Of a stretch of 32,000 bases of DNA, positions 1 to 9,032 are shown one piece after another. Positions within the stretch are counted from its first letter, which is position 1. Each line of letters opens with the position of its first letter. This stretch comes from Edaphobacter aggregans (GTDB taxonomy: Bacteria > Acidobacteriota > Terriglobia > Terriglobales > Acidobacteriaceae). The notes beneath the pieces were generated by a model. The model was given only the letters and a program-made list of their open reading frames with translations. It had not been told where the DNA came from and made no database searches. Made by a program: the position numbers and the translations under genes. The stretch is taken from NCBI RefSeq assembly GCF_003945235.1, contig NZ_RSDW01000001.1:2730001-2762000 (forward strand). Direction: 5' to 3'.

Positions 1-4
1 CTGG

Positions 5-1051
5 ATGGCGTATTCGGTGTTCTTTTTTGTGGATCCGATCATGCGTCGTAGCCTGCGCTTCTGGCTGGTGTGCGTGGGGATCTACGCGGTCTTTCTGGCT
101 GTCTATATCGGCTACATGCGGGCGCGTTCCACTAAGCAGCGTTATGTTCTGTTGGCTGCTTTTTATGTTCTGGGGATGGTGTCGCTTCCGATCAACTCCA
201 GTTCGACGGCCTTCTTTGTTTATAGTGCCGCGTTCCTTCCGTTTGCCGTGGCTTCTGTACCGACTGTCATTGCAGTGATGGTGGCACAGTGCCTTGGAGT
301 GGCGGTACAGGGTCTGGTGATGCATGTCAGTCTGATTCCGATTGCAATAACGATTTTCATGATCATTGTTGTGGGGACGAGCAACATCTTCGTCGCGCAG
401 CAGAAGCGCTCGCAGCACAGGTTGCGAGTGGCGCATGACGAGATCGAGCGGCTGGCTGCGCTGGCAGAGCGAGAGCGGATTGCGCGCGACCTGCATGATG
501 TTCTGGGGCATACGCTGTCGGTGATTGTGTTGAAGTCGGAGCTGGCGGGACGGCTGGTGGAACGCGATCCGCAGCGTGCGGCGCAGGAGATTGGCGATGT
601 GGAGAAGACTGCGAGGACCGCGCTGAAGGAGGTGCGCGAGGCAATTGGAGGGTATCGGTCGCAGGGGCTCGCCGCTGAGGTGGAGATGGCGCGCAATACG
701 CTGCAGACTGCTGGTGTGGCGATGGCTTGCGAGTCGCCGGTGCCGAAGCTGACGTCGGAGGAGGAGACGGTGCTGTGCCTGGCACTGCGTGAGGCCGTCA
801 CGAATATTGTTCGCCACGCTCATGCGACGCAGTGCCGGATGCGCTTCGCTACGACGGAGGACCGCTTCCACTCGCTACAAGTGGAGGACGATGGCCCTCA
901 TCCAATAAAGCAGGAAGGCAATGGGCTGCGTGGAATGCGGGAGAGGGTGCAGTCGCTGGGTGGGCGCTTCTCGATCAATAGCGAACATGGCACGACGCTG
1001 TTAGTGGAGCTTCCGGTCAGGACAACTTCGACTACAGGTGTGGTGCAGTGA
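5..1051 (+). CDS. Sensor histidine kinase, HisKA_3 (DesK/NarX-like) class; the reading frame is open to the window edge, so the N-terminus may be truncated
   Basis: 348-aa ORF with about 5 N-terminal hydrophobic helices. H-box ERERIARDLHDVLGHTLS, N-box EAVTNIVRHAHA, G-box GNGLRGMRERV. Its stop overlaps the start of the downstream NarL-type regulator. Confidence 0.9.
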   Translation: MAYSVFFFVDPIMRRSLRFWLVCVGIYAVFLAVYIGYMRARSTKQRYVLLAAFYVLGMVSLPINSSSTAFFVYSAAFLPFAVASVPTVIAVMVAQCLGVAVQGLVMHVSLIPIAITIFMIIVVGTSNIFVAQQKRSQHRLRVAHDEIERLAALAERERIARDLHDVLGHTLSVIVLKSELAGRLVERDPQRAAQEIGDVEKTARTALKEVREAIGGYRSQGLAAEVEMARNTLQTAGVAMACESPVPKLTSEEETVLCLALREAVTNIVRHAHATQCRMRFATTEDRFHSLQVEDDGPHPIKQEGNGLRGMRERVQSLGGRFSINSEHGTTLLVELPVRTTSTTGVVQ

Positions 1052-1662
1052 TGGCTGAGATCCGGGTTGTGATTGCAGAAGATCAAGGGATGGTGCTGGG
1101 AGCGCTGGCTGCATTGCTGGATCTGGAGGCGGACATCTGCGTTGTCGCTCGCGCTGCCAATGGGCGGGCTGCGTTGGATGCGGTCGCGAGTTGCTCGCCT
1201 GACGTTCTGGTCACCGACATTGAGATGCCGAGGATGACGGGACTTGAGTTGGCTGCTGCGTTGAAGACAAGCCATCCTGAGGTGCGGACGATTATTCTGA
1301 CGACGTTTGCGCGGCCTGGATATCTGCGGCGCGCGATGGATGCGGGGGCAAGAGGCTATCTGCTGAAGGACAGGCCGGCTGCTGAGTTAGCAGATGCGGT
1401 TCGGCGCGTGCATCAAGGGCTGCGCGTGGTTGATCCGGCACTCGCTGCGGAGGCGTGGAGTGCGGAAGCTGATCCGTTGAGCGATCGCGAGCGGCAGATT
1501 CTGCAGCGGGCGGGCGATGGCAAGAGCAGCACGGAGATTGCCACTGAGTTGCATCTGTCGGATGGCACGGTGAGGAACTATCTCTCTGAAGCGATTGCGA
1601 AGCTGGGCGCTGCGAATCGTGTAGATGCTGCAAGGATTGCACGGGCAAAGGGCTGGCTGTAA
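1051..1662 (+). CDS. Response regulator, NarL/LuxR (DesR-like) family
   Basis: Receiver domain (VIAEDQ, DVLVTDIEMPRMTG) plus C-terminal LuxR HTH (LSDRERQILQRAGDGKSSTEIATELHLSDGTVRNYL). The ATG at 1051 shares its A with the kinase TGA (TGATG coupling). An alternative GTG lies at 1048. Confidence 0.92.
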   Translation: MAEIRVVIAEDQGMVLGALAALLDLEADICVVARAANGRAALDAVASCSPDVLVTDIEMPRMTGLELAAALKTSHPEVRTIILTTFARPGYLRRAMDAGARGYLLKDRPAAELADAVRRVHQGLRVVDPALAAEAWSAEADPLSDRERQILQRAGDGKSSTEIATELHLSDGTVRNYLSEAIAKLGAANRVDAARIARAKGWL

Positions 1663-1746
1663 TTCTTCTGTCGCCGAGGCAACCAATTATGGCATAAGAC
1701 GCTTTTTGACTCTTCTGCATCCGACGGTGTGGAAGAGGAGAAGCTT

Positions 1747-2400
1747 ATGTATGGTCACTCTGTTTGTTCTACTCTGCGTGCTGTTGCTCTTTGCGGCGCA
1801 GTTGCTTTGCTTGTCCCGGGCTGTAACAAGAAAGCTGACAATTCGATGAATTACAAGAGCGCGATCGACACGTATTACAGCGCACATCCGGCGTGCGTGT
1901 GGTCAGAGCCGGTCAAGTTTCCGGTGCAGGCTGATACATCGGACACGAGTAAGACATCGGGTTACGATGCGCTTGTCGATCAGGGCTTGCTGGTGAGGAC
2001 TACTGCCGAGAAAAAGAAGCTGATTCTTGGGAGCAAGCAGGTCAACAACTACGATCTGTCCGATAAGGGGCGTTCGGCGTGGACGGCTGATGTGCAACAG
2101 CCTGGGTTTGGGAATTTCTGCTACGGGCACAGGAAGGTCGACAGTATTGACAGGTCTTCGCCTACAACAAGCGATGTAGGTGCGACGACTCAAGTCAATT
2201 ACCACTACAGTTTCGCCGATGCACCTGGTTGGGCGACTGCGGCTGAGACGCAGAATGCTTATCCGCAAATTCGCGCTGATCTGGATGGCCCACAGATGGG
2301 ACTGGTGACGTTGACCAACACCAGCAATGGATGGGCGGTCTCGAGCGCACCTGGCAATCGCAATGCGGCTACTAGTGCTGATGGCAGGATCGTTGAGTAA
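1747..2400 (+). CDS. Hypothetical lipoprotein
   Basis: Signal peptide with lipobox LLVPGC. GAGGAG Shine-Dalgarno sits 6 nt upstream of the ATG at 1747 (the track ORF starts at a GTG at 1729). No recognisable catalytic motif. Confidence 0.7.
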   Translation: MYGHSVCSTLRAVALCGAVALLVPGCNKKADNSMNYKSAIDTYYSAHPACVWSEPVKFPVQADTSDTSKTSGYDALVDQGLLVRTTAEKKKLILGSKQVNNYDLSDKGRSAWTADVQQPGFGNFCYGHRKVDSIDRSSPTTSDVGATTQVNYHYSFADAPGWATAAETQNAYPQIRADLDGPQMGLVTLTNTSNGWAVSSAPGNRNAATSADGRIVE

Positions 2401-2422
2401 ATAGCGGTGATGAAAGAACGAT

Positions 2423-2455
2423 GGGCCAGCAAGTGCTTGTGCATCTCGCTGGCCC
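2423..2455. terminator. Putative bidirectional stem-loop terminator between convergent genes
   Basis: GGGCCAGC (2423-2430) pairs with GCTGGCCC (2448-2455) around a 17-nt loop. The flanks are T-rich on both strands (gtttcgtcttct on +; atcgttctttca on -). Confidence 0.45.
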
Positions 2456-2475
2456 GTTTCGTCTTCTATTGTTGA

Positions 2476-4905
2476 TTACTGCGCGTAGTCCTGTTCGGAT
2501 TGATCGTCGTCGCTGGGGCCGCTCGCGGACATGGCGGCCTGGGCTTCGGCGTAGGGCTTCATCTGGTACTCGTGCGGCGGGATGTTGCCGGCGAGGTTGC
2601 GGACGAAGTAGTCCCAGCGGCGGCGGGCCATGTACTGCGAGGCTTCGGCGTATCCGTGAGCGACGTTGGGGATCATGAGGAGATCGAAGTCCTTGTTGGC
2701 TTTGATCAACGCATCGACGACGAGCAGCGTGTTGTTCGGGGGAACGTTGTTGTCCATGGTGCCGTGTGCGAGAAGCAGGTGGCCCTTCAGGTTTTTGGCG
2801 ATGTTTTGGTTAGCCTGACTGTCATAGTTGCTAGCGCCGTCGGATTTCTTCTCCTCGAGGCCAGCCCACTTCTCTGCCCAGTCGTCCTCATAGTCGCGTT
2901 GGTCGTGGTTGCCGCTTTCGGCGATGCCTACCTTGAAGAAGTCGGGGTAGTTGAACATAGCCGCGGCTGTGGCATTGCCTCCACCGGAGTGGCCGTACAT
3001 GCCGGCACGGTCGATGTCGATCCAGGGATACTTCGCGGCGAGTTCCTTCATGCCGGCGACCTGGTCGGGGATGGTGTTGTCGCCAAGATTGCCGTAGTAG
3101 AACTCGTGGAAGGCCTTGGAACGGAAGGGAGTACCCATGCCGTCGATGCAGACGACGACGAAGCCTAGTTCGGCAAGCGACTGCATATCACGATGCGCGG
3201 CGTTGAAGCTGCGTCCGCCACAAGAGCCGGTCTGCGGGCCGGGGTAGACGTTGTTGACGATGGGGTACCTTTTCGACGCGTCGAAGCTCGTGGGCTTGAA
3301 GAGGAAGCCGTAGAGATCCGTCTTGCCGTCGCGCGCTTTGACCGTGATAGGTGTAGGAGGGACCCAGCCGGTAGCTACGAGCTTTGTGATGTCCTGTTTG
3401 GCAACGTCGACGAGGACCTTGCCGGTGTTGTCGCGCGTAACTGCGGTCTGTGGTTGAGTTGGGGTGGAGTAGACATCGACGAAGTAGCGGCCATCGGGCG
3501 ACGGTGTGATGGAGTGATCGGCGTTCTCGGGCGTCAACAGCTTCTGGCCGGTGCCGTCGAAGTTGACGCTGTAGTAGTGGGAGAAGTAGGGGTCGCGACC
3601 GGGCTCTTTGCCGACAGCAAGGAAGTAGATCTTGCGCGCAGCTTCATCAATGGCGAGCACCTGCGTGACGTTTCCTTCGCCGTGGGTGATCTGGTTCTTG
3701 AGCTTGCCTGTGGTGAGGTCGTAGAGGTACATCTGGCCCCAGTTGTCGCGCTCGCTGAACCAGAGGATCTCGTTGGAGTTGGGCAGATAGGCCCAGTTCA
3801 CCTTGTTGTTGCCGCTCTCGTAGAACTTGGGAGCGGTCTCGCCCATGACCTCGCGGATGTCGCCGGTGGAGGCGTCGGCAATGCGGAACCACTCCTGCTT
3901 GTGGTCGCGTGAGGTGGAGACGAAGGCGAGATGGGCGCTGTCGGGACTCCACTGGACGTCGTCCCAGCCGTTGCCGCCACGGCAACTGATGTCATCACAG
4001 AGAGTGGAGCGGTGCTGATCCGGCGGCATCTTGAGGCGAACGACTTTGGGGGTGTCGACGTCGATAATGACGCGCTCGATCATGGTCACATCTTTGTCGC
4101 CGACGAGGGGATACTTCCACGCCTTGAGCTGCGGATGACCGTTGGTGACGGGAACGAGGTACATCTCGCCGACCTTGCGCTGATCCTGCTGGAAGGTCGC
4201 GATCTTCTTCGAGTCGGGCGACCAGACGAGGATGGGGTTGTCACTCGACTGCCAGCCGGCATTATCTGTGGCGTAGCCGTAGTCCTTGACGCCGTCGGTG
4301 GTGAGCTGCGTCTCTTTGCCGGTGGCGACGTCGCGCACCCAGAGGTTGTAGTTGCGGATGAACGCGGCCTTGGTCTTGTCGGGCGAGAGATCGGATGCGG
4401 CGCGGCGGCCTCCAGCAGGACGTGCTGGCGCGCCGTCTGCTTTGCGCGGCGCGGCGACGGGAGCGCAGACGCCTGCGCCACTGAGGTCGCAGCGGAACTG
4501 ACGACTACCGAGGGAGGCGATGACGGTCTCGCCGGAGAGCGTGAAATCGGTGATGGCGAGATGATGCGCGTCGCCCGTGCGTCCGTTGGCGACGGCGGCA
4601 AGAGCATTGGCCAGTTTGGCGTGATCGAACGCCGGGCCCTTGGTTCCCTTGGCAGGATCGACCAGAACGAAGGTGACTCCTTCGGGGCCGCGGTCGCGAT
4701 ACCAGAAGCGTCCGTCGGCTAGCCAGGTGGGGTGATCGACGCCATGGTAGACCAACGGGTTGACGTTGTAGTTCATGAACTTCTCAGCCTGCGCGTAGTC
4801 GTCCGTCGTGAGCTGCTTTGGAGACTCTGCCACCGCCGAGGCTGTGACACAGCTTGCCATCACGATCGCCGCTATCGTCGAGCGACCCTTACCAAGAAAC
4901 ACCAT
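2476..4905 (-). CDS. Dipeptidyl-peptidase IV / prolyl oligopeptidase family S9 serine peptidase, secreted
   Basis: N-terminal signal peptide, a long beta-propeller-type region, and a C-terminal alpha/beta hydrolase with GxSxGG nucleophile motif (MYGHSGGGNA). Asp (LLAHGTMDNNV) and His (IPNVAHGY) complete the triad. GGAGG lies 8 nt upstream of the ATG at 4905 (the track ORF starts at 4926). Confidence 0.9.
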   Translation of the reverse strand: MVFLGKGRSTIAAIVMASCVTASAVAESPKQLTTDDYAQAEKFMNYNVNPLVYHGVDHPTWLADGRFWYRDRGPEGVTFVLVDPAKGTKGPAFDHAKLANALAAVANGRTGDAHHLAITDFTLSGETVIASLGSRQFRCDLSGAGVCAPVAAPRKADGAPARPAGGRRAASDLSPDKTKAAFIRNYNLWVRDVATGKETQLTTDGVKDYGYATDNAGWQSSDNPILVWSPDSKKIATFQQDQRKVGEMYLVPVTNGHPQLKAWKYPLVGDKDVTMIERVIIDVDTPKVVRLKMPPDQHRSTLCDDISCRGGNGWDDVQWSPDSAHLAFVSTSRDHKQEWFRIADASTGDIREVMGETAPKFYESGNNKVNWAYLPNSNEILWFSERDNWGQMYLYDLTTGKLKNQITHGEGNVTQVLAIDEAARKIYFLAVGKEPGRDPYFSHYYSVNFDGTGQKLLTPENADHSITPSPDGRYFVDVYSTPTQPQTAVTRDNTGKVLVDVAKQDITKLVATGWVPPTPITVKARDGKTDLYGFLFKPTSFDASKRYPIVNNVYPGPQTGSCGGRSFNAAHRDMQSLAELGFVVVCIDGMGTPFRSKAFHEFYYGNLGDNTIPDQVAGMKELAAKYPWIDIDRAGMYGHSGGGNATAAAMFNYPDFFKVGIAESGNHDQRDYEDDWAEKWAGLEEKKSDGASNYDSQANQNIAKNLKGHLLLAHGTMDNNVPPNNTLLVVDALIKANKDFDLLMIPNVAHGYAEASQYMARRRWDYFVRNLAGNIPPHEYQMKPYAEAQAAMSASGPSDDDQSEQDYAQ

Positions 4906-5033
4906 AGTTACAGCCTCCGCTTGCAAAATTCGATTGTGGGGATTGACGGAGCTAATTTTACCGTCATTTTGGGCGATAGAGGCCCTGCGCCGACAATGGA
5001 TGGACGAGTTCGCGACGTGTTGGGTAGCGCGGT

Positions 5034-5813
5034 TTACGGATCACCCGTACCTCGCACCTTCCAAAGAATCTGCCGTAAGACCCCCATCCACACGGGGATA
5101 TCGCTGGCAGCAAGACCCATGCGGAGGACTAATCTGCGAATCTGCGCTTCGTCGCAGTTGGAGGGATGGCGGCGCATATAGCCGGTCTTCTCGAGGACTT
5201 CGTTGAGCAGGGTCGTGAAGCGCTCGACGTCATCCGCGCGAGCCGCCTCGGGGACACCAGTGCCTGCGTGCACACCGGTCTGCCGCACCAACTCGTACAG
5301 GCATACAGCGACGGCCTGTCCGAGGTTCATCGAAGGGTGACGAAGATCTTCGTGCTGCTGCATGGGAATGGTGAGGAGCCAGTGACAATGGCTCAGTTCA
5401 TCGTTACTGAGACCGGTCTTTTCGGAGCCGAAGAGCAGCGCTGTTCGGCTGTCTTCGCGTGTGAGCTCCGTGTGGATCGCGATGGCGGCTTCGGGTAGAG
5501 CGTGCAAGGGGTGCTGAAGGGCTCGCTCGCCTACGGCTGTCGTTCCTACCACGAGGGTGCAGTCGGCAACGGCTTCGGCGACGGTGGTGAAGGTCTTTGC
5601 ATTTGCGAGGACGGCAGAGGCATCGACGGCGGAGCGTGCAGCTTCGAAAGGGATGGCGTAGTCGTTGACCACGCGTAGATGACGGAAGCCAAAGTCGTGC
5701 ATGGCTCGGGCAACCGCACCGATATTGCTGGGATTGCGCGCGCGCACCAGCACAATCGAGATGCGGTCGAGTTGTGGGCCGGACTCCACTGTGGCTATTT
5801 TAGGCTGGGGCAA
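5034..5813 (-). CDS. trmJ: SpoU/TrmH-family RNA 2'-O-methyltransferase, TrmJ-like
   Basis: SPOUT motifs: IVLVRARNPSNIGAVARAM, LLFGSEKTGLS, IPM...SMNLGQAVAVCLYEL. The start is uncertain (TTG at 5813 directly after a terminator T-tract; alternative GTG at 5789). Confidence 0.8.
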   Translation of the reverse strand: MPQPKIATVESGPQLDRISIVLVRARNPSNIGAVARAMHDFGFRHLRVVNDYAIPFEAARSAVDASAVLANAKTFTTVAEAVADCTLVVGTTAVGERALQHPLHALPEAAIAIHTELTREDSRTALLFGSEKTGLSNDELSHCHWLLTIPMQQHEDLRHPSMNLGQAVAVCLYELVRQTGVHAGTGVPEAARADDVERFTTLLNEVLEKTGYMRRHPSNCDEAQIRRLVLRMGLAASDIPVWMGVLRQILWKVRGTGDP

Positions 5814-5817
5814 AAAG

Positions 5818-5848
5818 AAGCGGCCTGTATGAACTGCACAGGCCGCTT
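5818..5848 (-). terminator. Rho-independent terminator of the YXWGXW-repeat gene
   Basis: 11-bp perfect stem (aagcggcctgt / acaggccgctt) with a 9-nt loop, followed on the minus strand by CTTCTTTTTG. Confidence 0.75.
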
Positions 5849-5900
5849 GATTTCGTTACGGATTGTCACGAATTCAGGATCGATCCGTGGCGATTCCGGT

Positions 5901-6821
5901 CTAGCGTGGAGCTTTTTCGTCGTTATGTTTCTCGTTGTGGATCTGCTGGCTTGCGTGATTCTGCTCGCGGTTGATCTGCTGGTGTTCCTGCTGGGTCAGG
6001 TGTCCGCCGTTGGCTTCACGGTCGGCATGGACCTGCTGGTTGATCTGCGCCTGACGGTTCTCCGCACGCGCAGCTTCACCGGCGGTCATCTGTCCACTGC
6101 TGATGCCGTTGGCGATGCGCTGCTGCTGATTTGCACGGCGATCATTGACGGTCGCCATGGCCATGGTGTTTGGCCGGCCACCGTTGACCGAGGCCAGTTG
6201 TCCGCGGTCGGCCCGCATGACCTGCTCGTGGTTGACCTGGTTCACCGTCGGCTGGAAGTGCTGCTCGTGGATGGCGATGCGCTCCTGTGCGCTCTCCTGC
6301 GCACGAATGCCACCGTTGCCACCGTTGTAGCTCACGCGGCTATAGTTGTTATTCACGATGACGGTCTTGGTGTAAACGTTGTGAACATTGACGATGTTGA
6401 TGTTGTTCACGCTGCGGTTATAGGCGAAGACGCCGTGGTTCCAGTAGCCCCCCTCATAACCGACGCCGCCGTAGCCGAAGCCGTAATTCACGCCGCCGTA
6501 GAAACCGATGTGCGGGCCCCAGTAGCCAGCATGGAAGAGGTACGCCCCATTGCTCCAGCCCCAGTAGCCGGGCGTCCAGAGCATGCCGACGGCGGGAGGC
6601 TGGACCCACACGCCGGGAACCCAGTAATAGCCTTCCGGTCCATACGCCCAATAACCCGGCGTCCACATGTATCCCTCACCCGGGCATAGCGGCTGCGTAT
6701 AAACAGGCAATGCCGGTGGTGCTATGTTCACGGAGATAAAAACTCCCGCAAAAGATGCTGCCGGTGCAAGCATCAAAGCTGTTGCTACAAGAGACTTACG
6801 AATAAAACCACTTACTTTCAT
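5901..6821 (-). CDS. Secreted YXWGXW-repeat protein with Gln/His/Asn-rich C-terminal tail
   Basis: Signal peptide MKVSGFIRKSLVATALMLAPAASFAG. Repeated aromatic/Gly motifs (TPGYWAY, YYWVPGVW, TPGYWGW, HAGYWGP, GGYWNHG), then a Q/N/H/R-rich tail. ATG at 6821 is preferred over the GTG at 6848. Confidence 0.8.
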   Translation of the reverse strand: MKVSGFIRKSLVATALMLAPAASFAGVFISVNIAPPALPVYTQPLCPGEGYMWTPGYWAYGPEGYYWVPGVWVQPPAVGMLWTPGYWGWSNGAYLFHAGYWGPHIGFYGGVNYGFGYGGVGYEGGYWNHGVFAYNRSVNNINIVNVHNVYTKTVIVNNNYSRVSYNGGNGGIRAQESAQERIAIHEQHFQPTVNQVNHEQVMRADRGQLASVNGGRPNTMAMATVNDRRANQQQRIANGISSGQMTAGEAARAENRQAQINQQVHADREANGGHLTQQEHQQINREQNHASQQIHNEKHNDEKAPR

Positions 6822-7046
6822 GCATCTACCCCTGGGATACGGCAACACGGTTTAAAAGAGCCGCTGCCTCAAAATTTGAGACCAAGGAAACAGGTCTTTT
6901 ATTCAGCCTACCCCACGTTGAAACACGCAATCGTCGTGGAAGTTTTCCAGTTTATGCGCTGGAGTTCCAGGACGTGGATACAACGAAGGTGGCAGTGGAC
7001 AGCTACGTTTCGGCGTGATAGAGCGTCGCCAAGACGGCTCGTCTAC

Positions 7047-7072
7047 ACTCATAGTTTGGACTCACAGTTTGG
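7047..7072. repeat. Tandem 13-nt direct repeat upstream of dnaG
   Basis: ACTCATAGTTTGG (7047-7059) is immediately followed by ACTCACAGTTTGG (7060-7072), 12/13 identical. It ends 67 nt upstream of the dnaG ATG. Confidence 0.6.
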
Positions 7073-7138
7073 TGTGTCGGTTAGCCCTCGCTACTGCGTG
7101 GCGTTCGGCACACTCAGAGCAGCGCCAAAGATTTCATC

Positions 7139-8926
7139 ATGTCGGATAACTTTGCCCAAACCGTCAAGCAGCAGGCCGATATCGTCCGCATAGTCGGCGA
7201 GTACGTGAAGCTGCGCAAGACCGGCGCACAGAATCACACTGGGCTGTGTCCTTTTCACAAGGAAAAGACAGGCTCGTTTTCCGTGAATGCGACGCATGGC
7301 TACTTCTACTGCTTCGGCTGTCATGAGAAGGGCGACGTCTTCACCTTCGTGATGAAAATGGAGAGCATCAGCTTTCCCGAGGCCGTACGCGCCGTTGCAA
7401 CGAAGACGGGGATTCCGCTGCCGAAGCGCGAGTTCAGCTCGCCGGAAGAGGCGCGCGAGGCCGGACTGCGGCGGCAGTTGATCGATATCCACGAGGCTGC
7501 GACGCAGTATTTTGAAGCGCATCTGAAGAGTCCCGAGGCAGCGCGGGCGCGTGAGTATCTGACCGGACGCGGCGTTACCGCAGAGACCATTGCAAAGTTC
7601 CGCATCGGCTACGCGCCGGACGACTTCAACGACATGCGCGAGCGGTTGAAGCCCCACTTCAACGAAGAGGCAATGCGGGCCAGCGGGCTCTTCAGCTCGA
7701 AGGAGCAAGCCGACGGATCGCAGGGACAGCTCTACGCGAAGTTTCGCAAGCGCATCACCTTTCCTATTGCGAACGAGCAGGGCAAGACGATTGCGTTTAC
7801 CGCGCGGGCATTGGATGAGGTCGATGACAAGGGGCGGGCGATTGCCAAATACATGAACTCGCCGGAGACTGCGCTCTACTCGAAGGGCCAGGTGCTGTTC
7901 AACCTCGACAAAGCCAAGACCGATATGCGTGCCCATGACTTTGTTCTTCTCGTGGAAGGGCAGATGGACTGCATCTCGGTCTACATGGCCGGGATCAAGA
8001 ATGTACTTGCGGTCTCCGGCACAGCGTTCACCGAGATGCAGGTGCGCCAGATCAGCCGTTTCACCAAGCGCGTCGTCGTTAATTTCGATCCCGACAACGC
8101 TGGAGCAGGCGCCGCCGAGAAAGCCATCGCTCTCCTGACCGAAGAGGACTTCGAGGTGAAGGTGATCACGCTTGAAGGTGGGCTTGATCCCGACCGCTAC
8201 GTTCGCGAGCACGGTATCCAGGCCTATATGGCGGCGTTGCGCACGGCAAAGCGGTACAGCGACTTCCTGATCGATCGGGCCCGTCAGCAGTTTCCCCCGC
8301 GCACGGCCGAGGGCAAGGTGAAGGCGATGAATTTTCTGCTGCCACACATTCGCCGCATGCCCAATCGCATCCAGCGCGACGAGTTCGCCGCCGACGCCGC
8401 ACAGAAACTGGGGATTGACTCGGTCATCCTGCGGCAGGAGCTAAAGCAGGCCGCCGCGCAGCGCGTGGAGAGTGTGCGCGCCCACACGAACGATCCTGCC
8501 AGTGAGATGGAGCGCATTCTGCTGCGTGCGCTGGTACTACCCGAAGATGACTCGGCACGGAGAATTGCCGCAGGACGTCTCTCCGAACATCCGGAGTGGT
8601 ACGACGGTTTGACCGCAGCCTCGATTCTTGAGGCACTGGCTCACGGACCGGCGCCTTCTAATCCGCTGGACGCCGCTCCCGACCAACCCAGCCGCGCTCT
8701 GCTGGCTCTGGCCTTGCAGCACAGCGACGATGCTGCCGAATCGCAGCAAGGCCTGACCGAGCAGGTGCAGCACGCCCTCGACAAGCTCGAACTTCGCTAC
8801 CTGCAGCGCCGCCAGCGCGAGATCCGTTCGCTGATCGCGGAGGCCTATCGGCGCACCGACGAGGAGATGCTGAAGAAACTTTCAGCCGAGAAGGTAGACG
8901 TCGACCGCAAGCTGCGCCAGTTCTGA
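7139..8926 (+). CDS. dnaG: DNA primase
   Basis: CHC2 zinc finger CPFHKEKTGSFSVNATHGYFYCFGCHEKGD, TOPRIM motifs (LLVEGQMDCISV, VVNFDPDNAGAGAAEKA), 595 aa. Confidence 0.97.
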   Translation: MSDNFAQTVKQQADIVRIVGEYVKLRKTGAQNHTGLCPFHKEKTGSFSVNATHGYFYCFGCHEKGDVFTFVMKMESISFPEAVRAVATKTGIPLPKREFSSPEEAREAGLRRQLIDIHEAATQYFEAHLKSPEAARAREYLTGRGVTAETIAKFRIGYAPDDFNDMRERLKPHFNEEAMRASGLFSSKEQADGSQGQLYAKFRKRITFPIANEQGKTIAFTARALDEVDDKGRAIAKYMNSPETALYSKGQVLFNLDKAKTDMRAHDFVLLVEGQMDCISVYMAGIKNVLAVSGTAFTEMQVRQISRFTKRVVVNFDPDNAGAGAAEKAIALLTEEDFEVKVITLEGGLDPDRYVREHGIQAYMAALRTAKRYSDFLIDRARQQFPPRTAEGKVKAMNFLLPHIRRMPNRIQRDEFAADAAQKLGIDSVILRQELKQAAAQRVESVRAHTNDPASEMERILLRALVLPEDDSARRIAAGRLSEHPEWYDGLTAASILEALAHGPAPSNPLDAAPDQPSRALLALALQHSDDAAESQQGLTEQVQHALDKLELRYLQRRQREIRSLIAEAYRRTDEEMLKKLSAEKVDVDRKLRQF

Positions 8927-9032
8927 TATCAGCTTGGTTCACCCTTTCACGATCGACAAGAATTTGCCTCGCGCTTAGAGACCGAGACCCTATACTGCGA
9001 ACTGCGCCAGCGACTCTGTAACTGGAGATGAA

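Noticed and set aside
5679-6689. 336-aa plus-strand ORF
   Set aside because: Antisense to the YXWGXW-repeat gene and to the trmJ 5' end. The minus-strand product has a signal peptide, a terminator and a coherent repeat structure.
6973-6981. DnaA-box-like CGTGGATAC upstream of dnaG (and CTATCCACG at about 19301-19309)
   Set aside because: These are single 7/9 matches with no clustering and no AT-rich unwinding element. The skew polarity here also argues against an origin.
7091-8347. 418-aa minus-strand ORF
   Set aside because: Antisense to dnaG (zinc finger and TOPRIM motifs are on the plus strand). No motifs. A shadow ORF.
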